From Candidatus Azotimanducaceae bacterium (GTDB lineage Bacteria > Pseudomonadota > Gammaproteobacteria > Pseudomonadales > Azotimanducaceae): a stretch of 64,000 nucleotides of DNA. Under the pieces are notes generated by a model. It saw only the letters and a list, made by a program, of their open reading frames with translations. It did no database searches and was not told the origin of the DNA. The translations under genes and the position numbers were made by a program. Shown here piece after piece: positions 1 to 9,811 of this stretch (position 1 is its first letter; every line of letters begins with the position of its first letter). The stretch covers positions 2,387,318-2,451,317 of the forward strand of contig CBDBKI010000005.1 of NCBI GenBank assembly GCA_965206615.1, written 5' to 3'.

Positions 1-1400
1 GCAAGGCGGGGATCCTGCCCAACCTCGCCGGCGCGGTGCCGATCCCGTCCTTCAGCCATCCGAGCATCCAGGAGGTCTACTTCGCCGACAACCCGTGGCT
101 GGGCGACACCGGTGGCCAGGTCGACCGGGGCCCGGCATCGGACGGCACGACCTTCATCTGGGACACGGAGAACCGCACGAATGCGTGGGCCGTCTACCTG
201 CAGGGGGAGTGGCAGATGAACGAGCTCTTCGCCCTGACCCTGGGCGTCCGCTACGCCGAAGACGAGAAGGAGGCGGAAGAGAACTTGTTCCTGTACAACG
301 AGTCCCCCAGTGCGCTCGCCACCTGCGTCAACAACGTGGGGGTGGAACTGGCCTTCGCGTGCGGCGACCTCGACGGCGACGGTGCGGTGACCCTGGCCGA
401 GTACAACACGGGCATCACCGGCGGCATTGACGCCACGGGCAACGTCGCGGACTTCGACAAGGTGCGGGTGCGGGGCGTCCCCTTCGCGCGGTCCATCTAC
501 CGGTCGCTGATCAACGACTTCGACGAGATCACCTGGCGGGTGAACCTCGACTTCACGCCTACGGAAAAGGACCTGTTCTACTTGTCGGCCACCACCGGCT
601 ACCGTGCCGGAGGGTTCAACCTCGGCTACTTCTCGTTCATTCCGGCCTATGACCCGGAGGATCTCACCGCCTACGAACTCGGCTACAAGGGCCAGCTGTT
701 CGATGGCACGGTGCAATTGAACGCCGCTGCCTATCTCTACAACTACGACGATATCCACCTGCAGTTCTCCACCTTCTCGTTCACCGGAGTGAGCACCAGC
801 GTGCAGAACGCGCCCTCGGCGGAGACCGTCGGCTTCGAACTCGAAGGCATGTGGCTCGTGTCGGACCAGATGACCATCGGCGTGAACTACAGCTACACGG
901 ATGCCCAGTACGATGCGGAACTGTTCGAGCCGACCGCGGGCACCCGCGGCGTGGTGGACGGCAGCAACGCTCTCGCGCCGTCGAGCCTCTTCACCGTCGC
1001 CGAGCGCAACCTGCTGATCGATGGTGAACCCCTCCCCCGGGTGCCGAAGCACAAGTACACGGCCTGGGCGGACTATGTGCAGAACCTGGGCAACAGGGGC
1101 ACGCTCACGTACCTGACGAGCGTGGCCTGGACGGACGAGTTCCCCGCTGGCGGGCGTCCGACGGCGGCCAGCCCTCTGAGCATCGCGCCGTCGTTCTTCC
1201 GCTGGGACGCGCGGGTGAGCTGGAGGAGCCTCACCGAACAGTGGACCGTGGCCGCCTTCGTGAACAACATCACCGACGACATCGGTGTACGTAACCAGTT
1301 CACCTACGGGGAGTCCCAGGGCCACCGCCGGGTGATCGAGCCCACCAACCCGCGCTGGTGGGGGCTGGAAGTGCACTACAAGTTCGGCGCGTTTCGGTAG
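1..1400 (+). CDS. TonB-dependent receptor, C-terminal beta-barrel part (5' end outside window)
   Basis: The frame is open from the window edge to TAG at 1398-1400. Barrel motifs (YLSATTGYRAGGFNLG, TAYELGYKG, terminal KFGAFR) match the full-length receptors at 5274 and 12833. Confidence 0.85.
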   Translation, partial: KAGILPNLAGAVPIPSFSHPSIQEVYFADNPWLGDTGGQVDRGPASDGTTFIWDTENRTNAWAVYLQGEWQMNELFALTLGVRYAEDEKEAEENLFLYNESPSALATCVNNVGVELAFACGDLDGDGAVTLAEYNTGITGGIDATGNVADFDKVRVRGVPFARSIYRSLINDFDEITWRVNLDFTPTEKDLFYLSATTGYRAGGFNLGYFSFIPAYDPEDLTAYELGYKGQLFDGTVQLNAAAYLYNYDDIHLQFSTFSFTGVSTSVQNAPSAETVGFELEGMWLVSDQMTIGVNYSYTDAQYDAELFEPTAGTRGVVDGSNALAPSSLFTVAERNLLIDGEPLPRVPKHKYTAWADYVQNLGNRGTLTYLTSVAWTDEFPAGGRPTAASPLSIAPSFFRWDARVSWRSLTEQWTVAAFVNNITDDIGVRNQFTYGESQGHRRVIEPTNPRWWGLEVHYKFGAFR

Positions 1401-1421
1401 ACGCCCTTCCGGGCCTCGACA

Positions 1422-1451
1422 CAGGGCGCCTTCGGGCGCCCTGTTTATTTT
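1422..1451 (+). terminator. Rho-independent terminator of the TBDR gene
   Basis: 9-bp stem CAGGGCGCC/GGCGCCCTG around a TTCG loop, followed by TTTATTTT. It lies 22 nt after the stop codon. Confidence 0.7.
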
Positions 1452-1510
1452 GGGGAATTATATACTTTACTCCCAAAGAAATGCTATACTTCCCCCATTG
1501 AATCAACGGC

Positions 1511-2455
1511 TTGGATGCAATGGACGACCACGTAACCGTCAGCACCTACGAACTGTTCCGCATGTACCCCGACGCCGACTCGGGACGGCTCTACTTCGAG
1601 GAGATGCGCTGGGGGCCGGGCAACCGCGACATCGCCTGTCCGTGTTGCGGAGGCACGCAGAAGATCGGCGCACGCACGGGCAAGCGGACCGGCTACTACC
1701 GCTGCGGCGACTGCAAGGAGGAGTTCACCGTGCGCACCGGGACGGTGTTCGGTCGGTCGCACGTTCCCCTCAACAAGTGGCTCTACGCCATGTACATCGT
1801 CGTGACGGCGCGCAAGGGTGTTTCCAGCCTTCAGCTTTCCAAAGAGATAGGTGTCACACAGAAAACCGCATGGTTCATGCTCGGCAGGCTGCGCGAGGCA
1901 TGCGGCGGTGATCCGGCCAAGCTGGCGGGCATCGTGGAAGCCGACGAGACGTTCGTCGGCGGCAAGGAAGGCAACAAGCACCCGCACAAGAAACTCAACA
2001 TGGGGCGCGGCACGGTCGGCAAGCAAGCCGTCCTCGGGTTGCGCGAGCGCGGCGGTAGGTCCATCGCCATGCTCATCGAAGGCACGTCCAAAGCCACGCT
2101 GCACCGCGAGATCGCCAAGCACGTCGAACCCGGTAGCGAACTCCACACCGACGAGCACTCGGGATACGACGACCTCCCCGCCTACATCCGCCGCCACGTC
2201 AAGCACGGCGCGGGCGAGTACGTCGGCGCGAACGACATCCACGTCAACAGCGTCGAGTCCATGTGGGCGGTCCTCAAGCGCGGCCTCTACGGAACGTGGC
2301 ACAAGGCGTCGGTGAAGCACCTGCACCGCTACGTCAACGAGGCGACGTTCAGGCTCAACGAGGGCAACGTCAGTATCCACACCCTTGACCGGCTGGCCTC
2401 GTTCGCCAGGATGACGGTCGGAAAACGCATCACCTACGAACAGTTGACCGCATGA
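1511..2455 (+). CDS. IS1595 family (ISXO2-like) DDE transposase
   Basis: 314 aa. It has an N-terminal zinc ribbon (CPCCGG...YRCGDC) and DDE-region motifs (EADETFVGGK, LHTDEHSGY, HVNSVESMWAVLKRG) typical of IS1595 transposases. Confidence 0.9.
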   Translation: MDAMDDHVTVSTYELFRMYPDADSGRLYFEEMRWGPGNRDIACPCCGGTQKIGARTGKRTGYYRCGDCKEEFTVRTGTVFGRSHVPLNKWLYAMYIVVTARKGVSSLQLSKEIGVTQKTAWFMLGRLREACGGDPAKLAGIVEADETFVGGKEGNKHPHKKLNMGRGTVGKQAVLGLRERGGRSIAMLIEGTSKATLHREIAKHVEPGSELHTDEHSGYDDLPAYIRRHVKHGAGEYVGANDIHVNSVESMWAVLKRGLYGTWHKASVKHLHRYVNEATFRLNEGNVSIHTLDRLASFARMTVGKRITYEQLTA

Positions 2456-2767
2456 CGAAGGAACGCAAGCCCCGGTCGCCCCACCCGCAACTCGACGCGT
2501 TCACGCGACGTGTACTCGACTACCGCCCCTCGAAGGAAGGCGGCAAGTCCAAGAATCCGAAAGGGCGCTCGCAAAAACGCCATCAAGGTGCACCGGACCC
2601 AGGCGCGGGCCAGCATCGACGTGCCGGGGTCGGCGTTCACCGTGACCGCGGAACGGCATGAGAAGGCGAGCCGGAGCCGGTGGCTCGTGGACGGCGCGGA
2701 GGTCAAGACGTGGATGCTCAGCCGCCGCGCATTGGAACCGTTGTTCTTTCCGGTGGGGGCGGGGTGA
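2452..2767 (+). CDS. IS1595-internal second ORF, apparently frame-shifted at an A5 run
   Basis: Its ATG overlaps the transposase stop (ATGA at 2452-2455). GC3-rich coding signal lies in the frame of 2452 up to about 2572, then in the frame of 2510 up to TGA at 2765-2767. The switch falls at AAAAA 2573-2577. I recognise no family. Confidence 0.3.
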
Positions 2768-3019
2768 TGGACGAACAGCGGCTGCATGGCCTTTAACGGT
2801 TTGGGGGAGTCAAATATATAATTCCCTTATTTTGCGGCCCGCGGGGTTGGCGCCACGCGGTGCTGAACTCTCTTGCCGCTCGCGGCGTCGACGCGCCGGG
2901 AGCAGGCCGTAAGGCGGGGGAATGCCCTGGCGCGGATTTGCCGTGCCCTATGCCTCTCCCGTCTCTGACCTGCCCGCTCGCCATGCGCTCCCGGTCCGTG
3001 TCTGGGGCAGCGAGCCCCC

Positions 3020-3243
3020 GCGGGGACCAGGTGCCGAACATCGACGTGTCGTTCAACGAGGTGCTGGAGCCGACCAACGACCTCGGCGTGAAAGGCATCG
3101 GCGAGGGCGGCGCGTGCGGGGCTCCGCCGGCGGTCGTCCACGCCGTGATCAGCGCCCTCGAAGGGGCGGGCATCGAGGCGGTGGACATGCCGTTGACGTC
3201 GGAGAAGATCTGGCGCCTGCTTGGCGCGCGGAGCGGGACATGA
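3020..3243 (+). pseudogene. C-terminal remnant of a xanthine dehydrogenase/CoxL-family molybdopterin-binding subunit
   Basis: Only the extreme C-terminus is recognisable (NIDVSFNEVLEPTNDLGVKGIGEGGACGAPPAVVHAVISAL...MPLTSEKIWRLL). No upstream part of the ~750-aa family is present. Confidence 0.6.
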
Positions 3244-3436
3244 GGGGCGCGTGCGACGAGGCTTCCCGGGCCGCGCTTCATGTTACCGCACTAGCCGCAA
3301 GTGCGCGTCATTTCAGGGTTTTTCGCTCGCAAGACGCCATCTGCCCCAGCAGTTCTCATTTTAGCGATTGACTCATTTTGGTTTCGGGATTCTCCGGGGT
3401 TTGTGATTCGGCGGTTGGTGTGGGCCTGCGGGGGCG

Positions 3437-4423
3437 TCAGGGTGGTTGCGCGGCGGGGCCGCCGGTGGCCAGCAGGACCATGAGGGCGTTCCAGGAGGGG
3501 AACACCTGGTATTCGGTGACGGTGCCGTCGGGTCGGGCGCTGGTGATCTCCAGCCAGTTGACGCGCAGGGCGTCGTCGCCGTCGCGGATGGGCAGGTCGG
3601 TCATCCAGCGGTAGCGGTGGATGCGGCGCTTCGCGCCGCGTCCCGCGGTGCGGCGGCGCGTGGGCGGGCGGATGCCGTCGAGGTACTCGTAGAGGGTCTT
3701 GTGGCTGGCCGGCTTGGCGGTGAGCAGGAAGTCGCCGCCGGCGTCGAGCATGGCCCGGCAGACGGGCTGGCAGGCGTACAGGTCGTCGCCGAGGTAGACC
3801 GGCCGCAGGGCGGCGCAGCGCGGGCCGTGGCGCGCCAGCCAGCGCTTGACGGCCTGCCGTTCGCAGTCCTGCTTGACGGCGCCGTCCTGGGGCCGCACGA
3901 ACTCCGGCGGCAGCGGCAGCGACTGCGCCCGGCCCGGTGCCACGACGTTGGCGGCCAGCATCTGGTGGAAGTGCTCGGTGCCGCCGTCGGCGCGCTTGCG
4001 GGTCGAGCAGTGGTCGCAGCGCAGCTTGCGCGAGCGGAAGAACTCGGTGCCGTCCAGGGCGACCAGCGTGCGGCCGTCGAGGCGGCGCATGGGCGCGAGG
4101 CCGCCGCACGCGTCGAGGTCCTCGACGAGCGCGTGGAACGCGTCGTCGAAGTGCGTCGTCGGCACGCCGTCGAGCAGCTGCCGGATGTGGTTGTCGCAGG
4201 GGATGCGGGCCAGCCCGAACAGGGTGTGCGCGTTGGACCGCGTGCGGCCCTCGGCCAGCGCGCGCTGGTGCGCCAGGAACGACGGCGACTGCATGAGGAA
4301 CACCGACAGCGCCGCCATGCCGATGTCGGCCATGGCGTAGCGCCGGTTGCGTCCGCGGCGCGGGTCCGGCATCCCGGCGAAGCCGGCCCGCAGCCGGTCG
4401 AGTTGGCGCGCGAGGTGCTTCAC
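3437..4423 (-). pseudogene. DDE transposase lacking the C-terminal catalytic segment
   Basis: Same protein as 10647-11936 but 101 residues are missing (YRGAFV...ARARWKIENETFNVLKQHGYHLEHNFGHG...LRTVT). The loss is in frame. Confidence 0.8.
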
Positions 4424-5106
4424 GGCGGCGGCCGCGTCTCCACCGCCATGATCGCGGCCAGCACCGCCAGGCGCTCCGCTGGCGGCATCGCCCGGTAGCG
4501 TCGGCCCCAGCTCGCCGCCTTGCGCTTGACCGTCTGCCGGTGCGTGAAGTCGCGCCCGGCGCAGCGCGCCCAGTGCACCCGGTCCGGCGCGAAGTTGAAC
4601 CACACCTTCTCGGTGACCACCCCCGCCCGGTTCATCACCTGCAGCGACACGCTGCGCCAGCCGCGCAGCAACCCGTCGTAGAGCGCCGACGGATACCCCG
4701 ACACCATCACCGCGCAGGGCAGCCCCGCGAGCAGCCCGAGCAGCGCCGCGTGGTCGGCGTCCTCGTAGTCGTGCCGGTAGCGGCGCGACGACTTGCGCGC
4801 GCCGCGCAGGTACGGCGGATCGCTGTACACCAGCTCCGATCCGTCGAACGCGAAGTCGGCCAGAAAGCCGTGGCAGTCTGCGTTGACCAGCTCCACCGGA
4901 TAGCCGCACTCGAACCGCGACAGCGCCCGGCCGTCCAGGTCGATCCCGATGTTGCGCAGCGCCGCCGGCTTGCGCCTCATCACCGCGCCGCCGCCCAGGT
5001 GCGTCTCGATGTACACCGCGTGCGGCGGCATCAGCGCAATCAGCGCCTGGCACAGCCCCGACGTCGCCTTCGATCCGAACCAGGGGTGTCCCATGGCCCG
5101 CACCAT
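4420..5106 (-). CDS. D12-class (Dam-like) N6-adenine DNA methyltransferase, IS cargo
   Basis: Translation is identical to 11933-12619. Motifs present: HPWFGSK, ETHLGGGAV (AdoMet motif I) and SDPPY (motif IV). Confidence 0.85.
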   Translation of the reverse strand: MVRAMGHPWFGSKATSGLCQALIALMPPHAVYIETHLGGGAVMRRKPAALRNIGIDLDGRALSRFECGYPVELVNADCHGFLADFAFDGSELVYSDPPYLRGARKSSRRYRHDYEDADHAALLGLLAGLPCAVMVSGYPSALYDGLLRGWRSVSLQVMNRAGVVTEKVWFNFAPDRVHWARCAGRDFTHRQTVKRKAASWGRRYRAMPPAERLAVLAAIMAVETRPPP

Positions 5107-5273
5107 AGGCGCGCCGCCCTATGTTGTCAAGCCTCCTTCAAAACCGCCGATCCGTCGTCCCACCGCACCGATGCGGCAAAATGAGAACTGCTGATTTTAC
5201 GCCTTGTCTCTTGACAGGGGCGCATAAAAGGTGTAAGGGCTATGTTGCTGATATTCAGCGAGCCTAGGAGAGA

Positions 5274-7637
5274 ATGATGAGTATCAGACTACTGGTTCTC
5301 GTTGCCGCTGCCATTGGCGTGCTGGCAACGAGCGAATCCAGCGCCGCCGAGGAGGCGGCGACGCGCGCGGATGCCTACGTCGAGGAAGTGATCGTCACCG
5401 CACGGAAGCGGGAGGAACGACTGCAGGACCTGCCGGGTTCTGCGGCCGTCTTGACCTCGGACTACATCGAGGACATCGGTGGTTTAGAGAACCTGCGCGA
5501 CCTGACCGACCAGATCACCGGCATGACCATCAACGAAACGCAGTCGGGGGGGCTTTCCGAACCATCAATTCGTGGCGCGGGCCAAGCGCGCAACCGCGCG
5601 TCGGTGTCGGCTACCGGGCTTTATCGCAACGGCGCCTATTTCGCGACCAACAGTCTCAGGGGCAAGAATTTCGCTCGGTTCGACACGTTCGATGTCGAGC
5701 GCATCGAAGTGCTGCGCGGGCCACAGGGAGCGCTTTACGGACGGAACGCCCTCGGGGGTGCGATCAACGTCATCTCGAAGAAACCCGAGTTCGAGGAATT
5801 CGACGTTGAGATCGGGCTGAAAGCCGGCGAACTAGACTTATTCGGCGGCGACGTCGTGGTCAACATCCCGATCTCCGAGACGTTCGCGGCCCGCTTCGGC
5901 TATGTGAACGAGAGCCGGGACGATGGCTTCTACGAGGACGTCAACGGCGATGCCGTTGACAACGTAGCCTACGAGGCGGTCCGCGTGGGGCTGCGTTGGC
6001 AACCCGCGGAGCGATGGGACGTGACCTACTTCTATGACGAAATGGAGGATGAGCCGTTTGATGCCATTTTCATCTTCAGATCGAGGGTGCCGACCCTTGG
6101 CTCCGAGTTCAACACCTTCATCGACAGCGCACACTTCTCGACGAACGACGTATTCAACCACAATCTTTTGATCGACGTGGAGCTCGAAGGCGGCACGCTT
6201 TCGTCCGTGAGCAACTACCGCGACCGCTACGTGTATGTCCGGACCGACGGCGACTACACCTCAGGGAACCCGGCGAGAAACCGTATGGGCGCCCAATCCG
6301 TCGACAACCAGATCTTCTTTCAGGAATTGCGCTACGTCGCCGACGGCACCGATCAGTTCAACTGGATGATCGGCGGCGACTTCTTCAAGCACGACAATCT
6401 CGCACGCAGCAGCAGCTGGCCCGGGGTTCTCGGGCTCCCGTTGGACGCCGCCACGTGGGGTAACGCCTCCGACCAAACGGTAAACATGGACAACACATCC
6501 TGGGCCGTATTCGGCGCCGCGGAATACACGTTTGCCGACGTGCCGGTTTCCATTGCGGGCGAGGTGCGTTATGCGGAGGATGAGCTCGGCGGGGACGTGC
6601 TGCAGCGGCGCACGCGGCTTGAACCCGAGCCGCAAACCGATTTCACCGAGCCGCCGAAGACGTTCACCAACCTGCCTTGGGGCGTCACCGTGTCTTACCG
6701 GTTCAGCGACGGGATCGGCAATCTCTTCGAGGAAGCCATGGCTTATGCCAAGGTGGCGACCTCCTACCGGCACGGTGGGCTGAACCTCGGCACGGGTACG
6801 CCGGATCTCGACGCTTACGTCGTGGTGCTGACCTATGCGGAGGAGGACTCTTTCACCTACGAGCTCGGTTGGAAGTCCACCTTCAGGGGCGGGCTCACGT
6901 TCAACGTGGCCGGCTTCTTAACGGTCTATGAAGATTTGCTGAACACCACCAACAACGGGTGCCCGGATCTGTGCACGCTGTTGGATCCGGACGACAGCAC
7001 GCCATTGGGCTTCAACCCGGACGGCACCCGCGTCGAGTTCGACGCGGACGGCAACATGGGCGAGGAGCTGCCGGGCCAGTTTTTCATCGACAACATCGGC
7101 GAGGCGGAAGCCTGGGGGCTCGAAGCGGAGTTTGCCTGGCGCAAGAACTTCGACAACGGCAGTTCCCTGTTCCTCCGCGCCGGCTGGGCGCGTCAGCTCG
7201 GCGAGGTGACGAAGATCGGCGCCGGAGCTGCGCCGGCATCCCAGTTCGTCTTGGGCCATCGCCTGCCGTACATGCGTCCGGAAGAATACAAGGGCACCGC
7301 CGTCTATCGGCTCCCGCTGCCCGGACTCGAAGGTGCGGGGAGCATCATGAGCGGAGCGACGCTTCTGGCGGCCGCCAACTTCACGACCGAGAGGGGCGGC
7401 GAGCGCAGCCTACCCCGTCCCGGAGCCTTACCCTGGTTCCTGGATTCCGTGCGGCGCGTGGACGCCCGGCTCGGACTCGAGACCGATCAATGGGCGCTCA
7501 CGCTGAGGGGCAACAATATCCGCGATGCCGATTACGAGACCTGGACGTTCCGCACGACCCCGACGGACCGAGGCCTGATCTATCGGCGTATAGACCCGCG
7601 ATATTATTCACTGGAGTTTTCCTGGCGTCTGCGTTGA
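5274..7637 (+). CDS. TonB-dependent receptor
   Basis: 787 aa with a signal peptide, a TonB box/plug (EEVIVTARKREERLQD, ...RIEVLRGPQGALYGRNALGGAINV) and a long beta-barrel. An SD-like AGGAGAGA lies upstream. Confidence 0.9.
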   Translation: MMSIRLLVLVAAAIGVLATSESSAAEEAATRADAYVEEVIVTARKREERLQDLPGSAAVLTSDYIEDIGGLENLRDLTDQITGMTINETQSGGLSEPSIRGAGQARNRASVSATGLYRNGAYFATNSLRGKNFARFDTFDVERIEVLRGPQGALYGRNALGGAINVISKKPEFEEFDVEIGLKAGELDLFGGDVVVNIPISETFAARFGYVNESRDDGFYEDVNGDAVDNVAYEAVRVGLRWQPAERWDVTYFYDEMEDEPFDAIFIFRSRVPTLGSEFNTFIDSAHFSTNDVFNHNLLIDVELEGGTLSSVSNYRDRYVYVRTDGDYTSGNPARNRMGAQSVDNQIFFQELRYVADGTDQFNWMIGGDFFKHDNLARSSSWPGVLGLPLDAATWGNASDQTVNMDNTSWAVFGAAEYTFADVPVSIAGEVRYAEDELGGDVLQRRTRLEPEPQTDFTEPPKTFTNLPWGVTVSYRFSDGIGNLFEEAMAYAKVATSYRHGGLNLGTGTPDLDAYVVVLTYAEEDSFTYELGWKSTFRGGLTFNVAGFLTVYEDLLNTTNNGCPDLCTLLDPDDSTPLGFNPDGTRVEFDADGNMGEELPGQFFIDNIGEAEAWGLEAEFAWRKNFDNGSSLFLRAGWARQLGEVTKIGAGAAPASQFVLGHRLPYMRPEEYKGTAVYRLPLPGLEGAGSIMSGATLLAAANFTTERGGERSLPRPGALPWFLDSVRRVDARLGLETDQWALTLRGNNIRDADYETWTFRTTPTDRGLIYRRIDPRYYSLEFSWRLR

Positions 7638-7739
7638 ACGTCTGATTGCACCGTTGACAAGGATGTCAACGGCGCGGGATGTGGCCTGTCAAGCGCCATC
7701 CGCTTCCTACAGAACGACCCCCGGTGATGGCCGAAGGCA

Positions 7740-8536
7740 TGAATTTCACGATCTTCGATCCCACGTTGCCGACCAACATGCTGGGATTCAACCAGGACAA
7801 CAGAACCGCATCCAAACGCAAGGCGCTGGAGCTGCGGTTCCTGTCCTTGGGTGAAGGCGACTGGCGCTGGACGGCGGGCCTGTTCGTGAAGGACAGCGAC
7901 GACTTTCGCCGGAACCGGCAGCCCTATCTGCTGCGGCTGCCGCTCACCCAGGAAACCGCGCCGGTCACGTTTGCGGCGTTCGACAGCCTCTTAAAGGAAC
8001 CCGCCAACCATCACCAGGACACGCTGGATGAGATGAGCGTGTACGGCGAGCTGGCGTACGACTTTTCCGAGCGCCTGGAGCTGACGCTCGGGGCCCGGGT
8101 GACCGACATGGAGCAGTCCATCGACAACTCCCGGGCGAAGACCAACGACACCGTGGTCTCGGCCAAGCTGGGCATCGCCTGGCGGCCGGCGGAGGACACG
8201 CTGACCTACTTCAACATCACCACCGGCTTCCGGCCCGGCGATCTCAACCTGGCGATGGACTTCAACGCCCGGGTCTTTGAGGGGTTCGGCGATCAGGTGG
8301 TTCCGGCGACGCCACTCGCAGCCAACCCCCTGATGCTCACGGGCAACCAGGGCGCCGCGCGGGCCCTGGCGCTCTTGGCCTACGACGGCGACAGCGTCGT
8401 CAACTACGAGCTCGGGCTCAAGACTCAGCTGCTGGACGGGCGGCTGAATCTGACTTCCAGCCTGTACTACCTCGACTGAGAGGACACCATCTTGCTTCTG
8501 CGGGATGCGGAGATGCCCAACTTCGCCAATCTCTAG
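7740..8536 (+). pseudogene. TonB-dependent receptor fragment (mid-barrel only) with in-frame TGA
   Basis: It has barrel motifs (FNITTGFRPGDLN, VNYELGLKTQLLDGRLNL, SLYYLD) but no plug. TGA at 8477-8479 sits where receptors have Trp (YYLD-W-ED). The frame continues to TAG at 8534-8536 and the C-terminal strands are absent. Confidence 0.75.
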
Positions 8537-8738
8537 CGGATAGGACAAACAAACGGTCTTTTCGTGTGGATGGGCGAGTATCGAAATGCGTGGTGTTCGC
8601 GAGTTGAGATGGATCCGGCGCTGCTGAACCCGCCTAAGCCAGAGTTGCTGGCCGCAAGTTGGCGGGAGATGGGCTTGAGAACGGGAATCCAGGCGACCCG
8701 GCGTGCGCAGGACGCAGGCGAGCGTCAGGCGGTCGTGA

Positions 8739-9811
8739 CTAGAAGCGCCTGTCCTGGTTAGGGATGTCGGGGTGCTGGGTGCGCCGTGGCGGTGCCCGCG
8801 GTTGTGACGGTTGGGCTTCGTCGCGTGCCCGAATGTGCTCGAGGATGGTGGCGATGACATCAGGGTCTTCGATGCAGGCAATCACTCTGAGCTTGCCGCC
8901 GCATTTGGGGCAGGTTTCGATGTCGATGGCGAAGACTCTCTTCAAGCGCTGCATCCACGTCATGGGTGCGGTTGGTTTATCGGGTGCTTGCGCCTCGGGT
9001 TGGCGCCTGGGCACGATGTGTTCACGCTGTTTGCTGTTTGGGGCGAACACACCGTGAAATCGCGTGAGGTTCAGACGCGGACGCGGCACCAGCGCGGCTA
9101 GGCGGGCAATAAAGTCGAGTGGGTCGAGGACGACATGGGTGGTGCCGTCACGAAACGGCTGTTTGAATTTGTAGACGACTTGGCCACGCGCATTGGTGGA
9201 GAGGCGCTCGTTGGCGATGGCGGGTCGGGTGATGTAACGGCAGAGCTTCTCAAGCTTGTCGCGTTGATTGGCCTCACAGACGGTGGCTGAATGGAGTGAG
9301 AAGCCAGGCTGTCTGGCCAGCAAGGTCGATGCGAAGGGTTCGGGCTGTGCCGGGATGGTACGCAGCGTTAGTGCCTTCTTGCCGGAATTGGGTCCGATGG
9401 CGATGCGGTAATGGATGGACGCGCCGATCAGTTGCTCGAACGCTTCGGGTTCGAAATCGAGGTAGTCGCTCTCAGCGTCGCGCACGAGCAACCCCTGTTG
9501 TTCGAGCAACCGGGCGACGCGTGTGCTGATGGTGTGTAACAGCCGAACGAGCTCGGCCGGGGTCGGCCGCGGCGCGCGGTGAAACTTCGGTCGTGCACGA
9601 TCGAATGAATACACGCCGTCGAGGAACAGCATATGGAAGTGGATGTTCAAGTTGAGCGCGGAGCCGAAACGCTGGATGAGTGTCACCGCCCCGGTCTTGG
9701 CGCCGGAGGCGACGGTGAATCCGGTGTTCTTGATGAGGTAAGTCGAGATCGCACGGTAGACGACGCCGAGGACCTGGCTTAATACCTGCGGCTGGGCGGC
9801 GAACAGGAAGG
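8739..9811 (-). pseudogene. IS91-family (HUH/Y2) transposase, N-terminally truncated
   Basis: Motifs present: LNLNIHFHMLFLDGVY (HUH), RPAIANERLS...GQVVYKFKQPFRDGTTHV and a C-terminal CPKCGGKLRVIACIED. Homology continues upstream of the first Met to about 9811 and then stops abruptly. Confidence 0.8.

Larger units (their letters stand above)
1453..2826 (+). mobile_element. IS1595-family insertion sequence, copy A (intact)
   Basis: Terminal inverted repeats are GGGAATTATATACTTTACTCCC (1453-1474) and GGGAGTCAAATATATAATTCCC (2805-2826). The 8-bp direct repeat TTATTTTG flanks it at 1445-1452 and 2827-2834. A second copy lies at 16031-20037. Confidence 0.9.
3347..5193 (-). mobile_element. IS4-superfamily (ISKra4-like) element, copy 1, 303-bp internal deletion
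   Basis: Perfect 16-bp terminal inverted repeats CAGCAGTTCTCATTTT at 3347-3362 and (reverse complement) 5178-5193. It is colinear with 10557-12706 except for the deletion at 3515-3525. Confidence 0.85.

Noticed and set aside
3291-4109. Arg/Pro-rich ORFs (3291-4109 and 10441-11622, minus strand) and the N-terminal ~210 codons of the 538/639-aa ORFs within the IS copies.
   Set aside because: They are alternative frames of the transposase and methylase genes. They have no motifs and extreme composition. The methylase frame carries the genuine D12 motifs.
5211-5239. TTGACA-N17-TAAGGG (and 12724-12752, TTGACA-N17-TAAACA) as annotated promoters of the TBDR genes.
   Set aside because: The -35 is perfect but the -10 hexamers are weak, and I have no transcript evidence. 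They are mentioned only in the target-site finding rather than listed as features.
8537-8738. Small ORF 8564-8761 and the region downstream of the IS91 transposase remnant as a separate gene.
   Set aside because: It is short, has no motifs, and lies where the IS91 terminal (ori/ter) sequence is expected. I cannot define the IS91 end by eye, so it is left unannotated.
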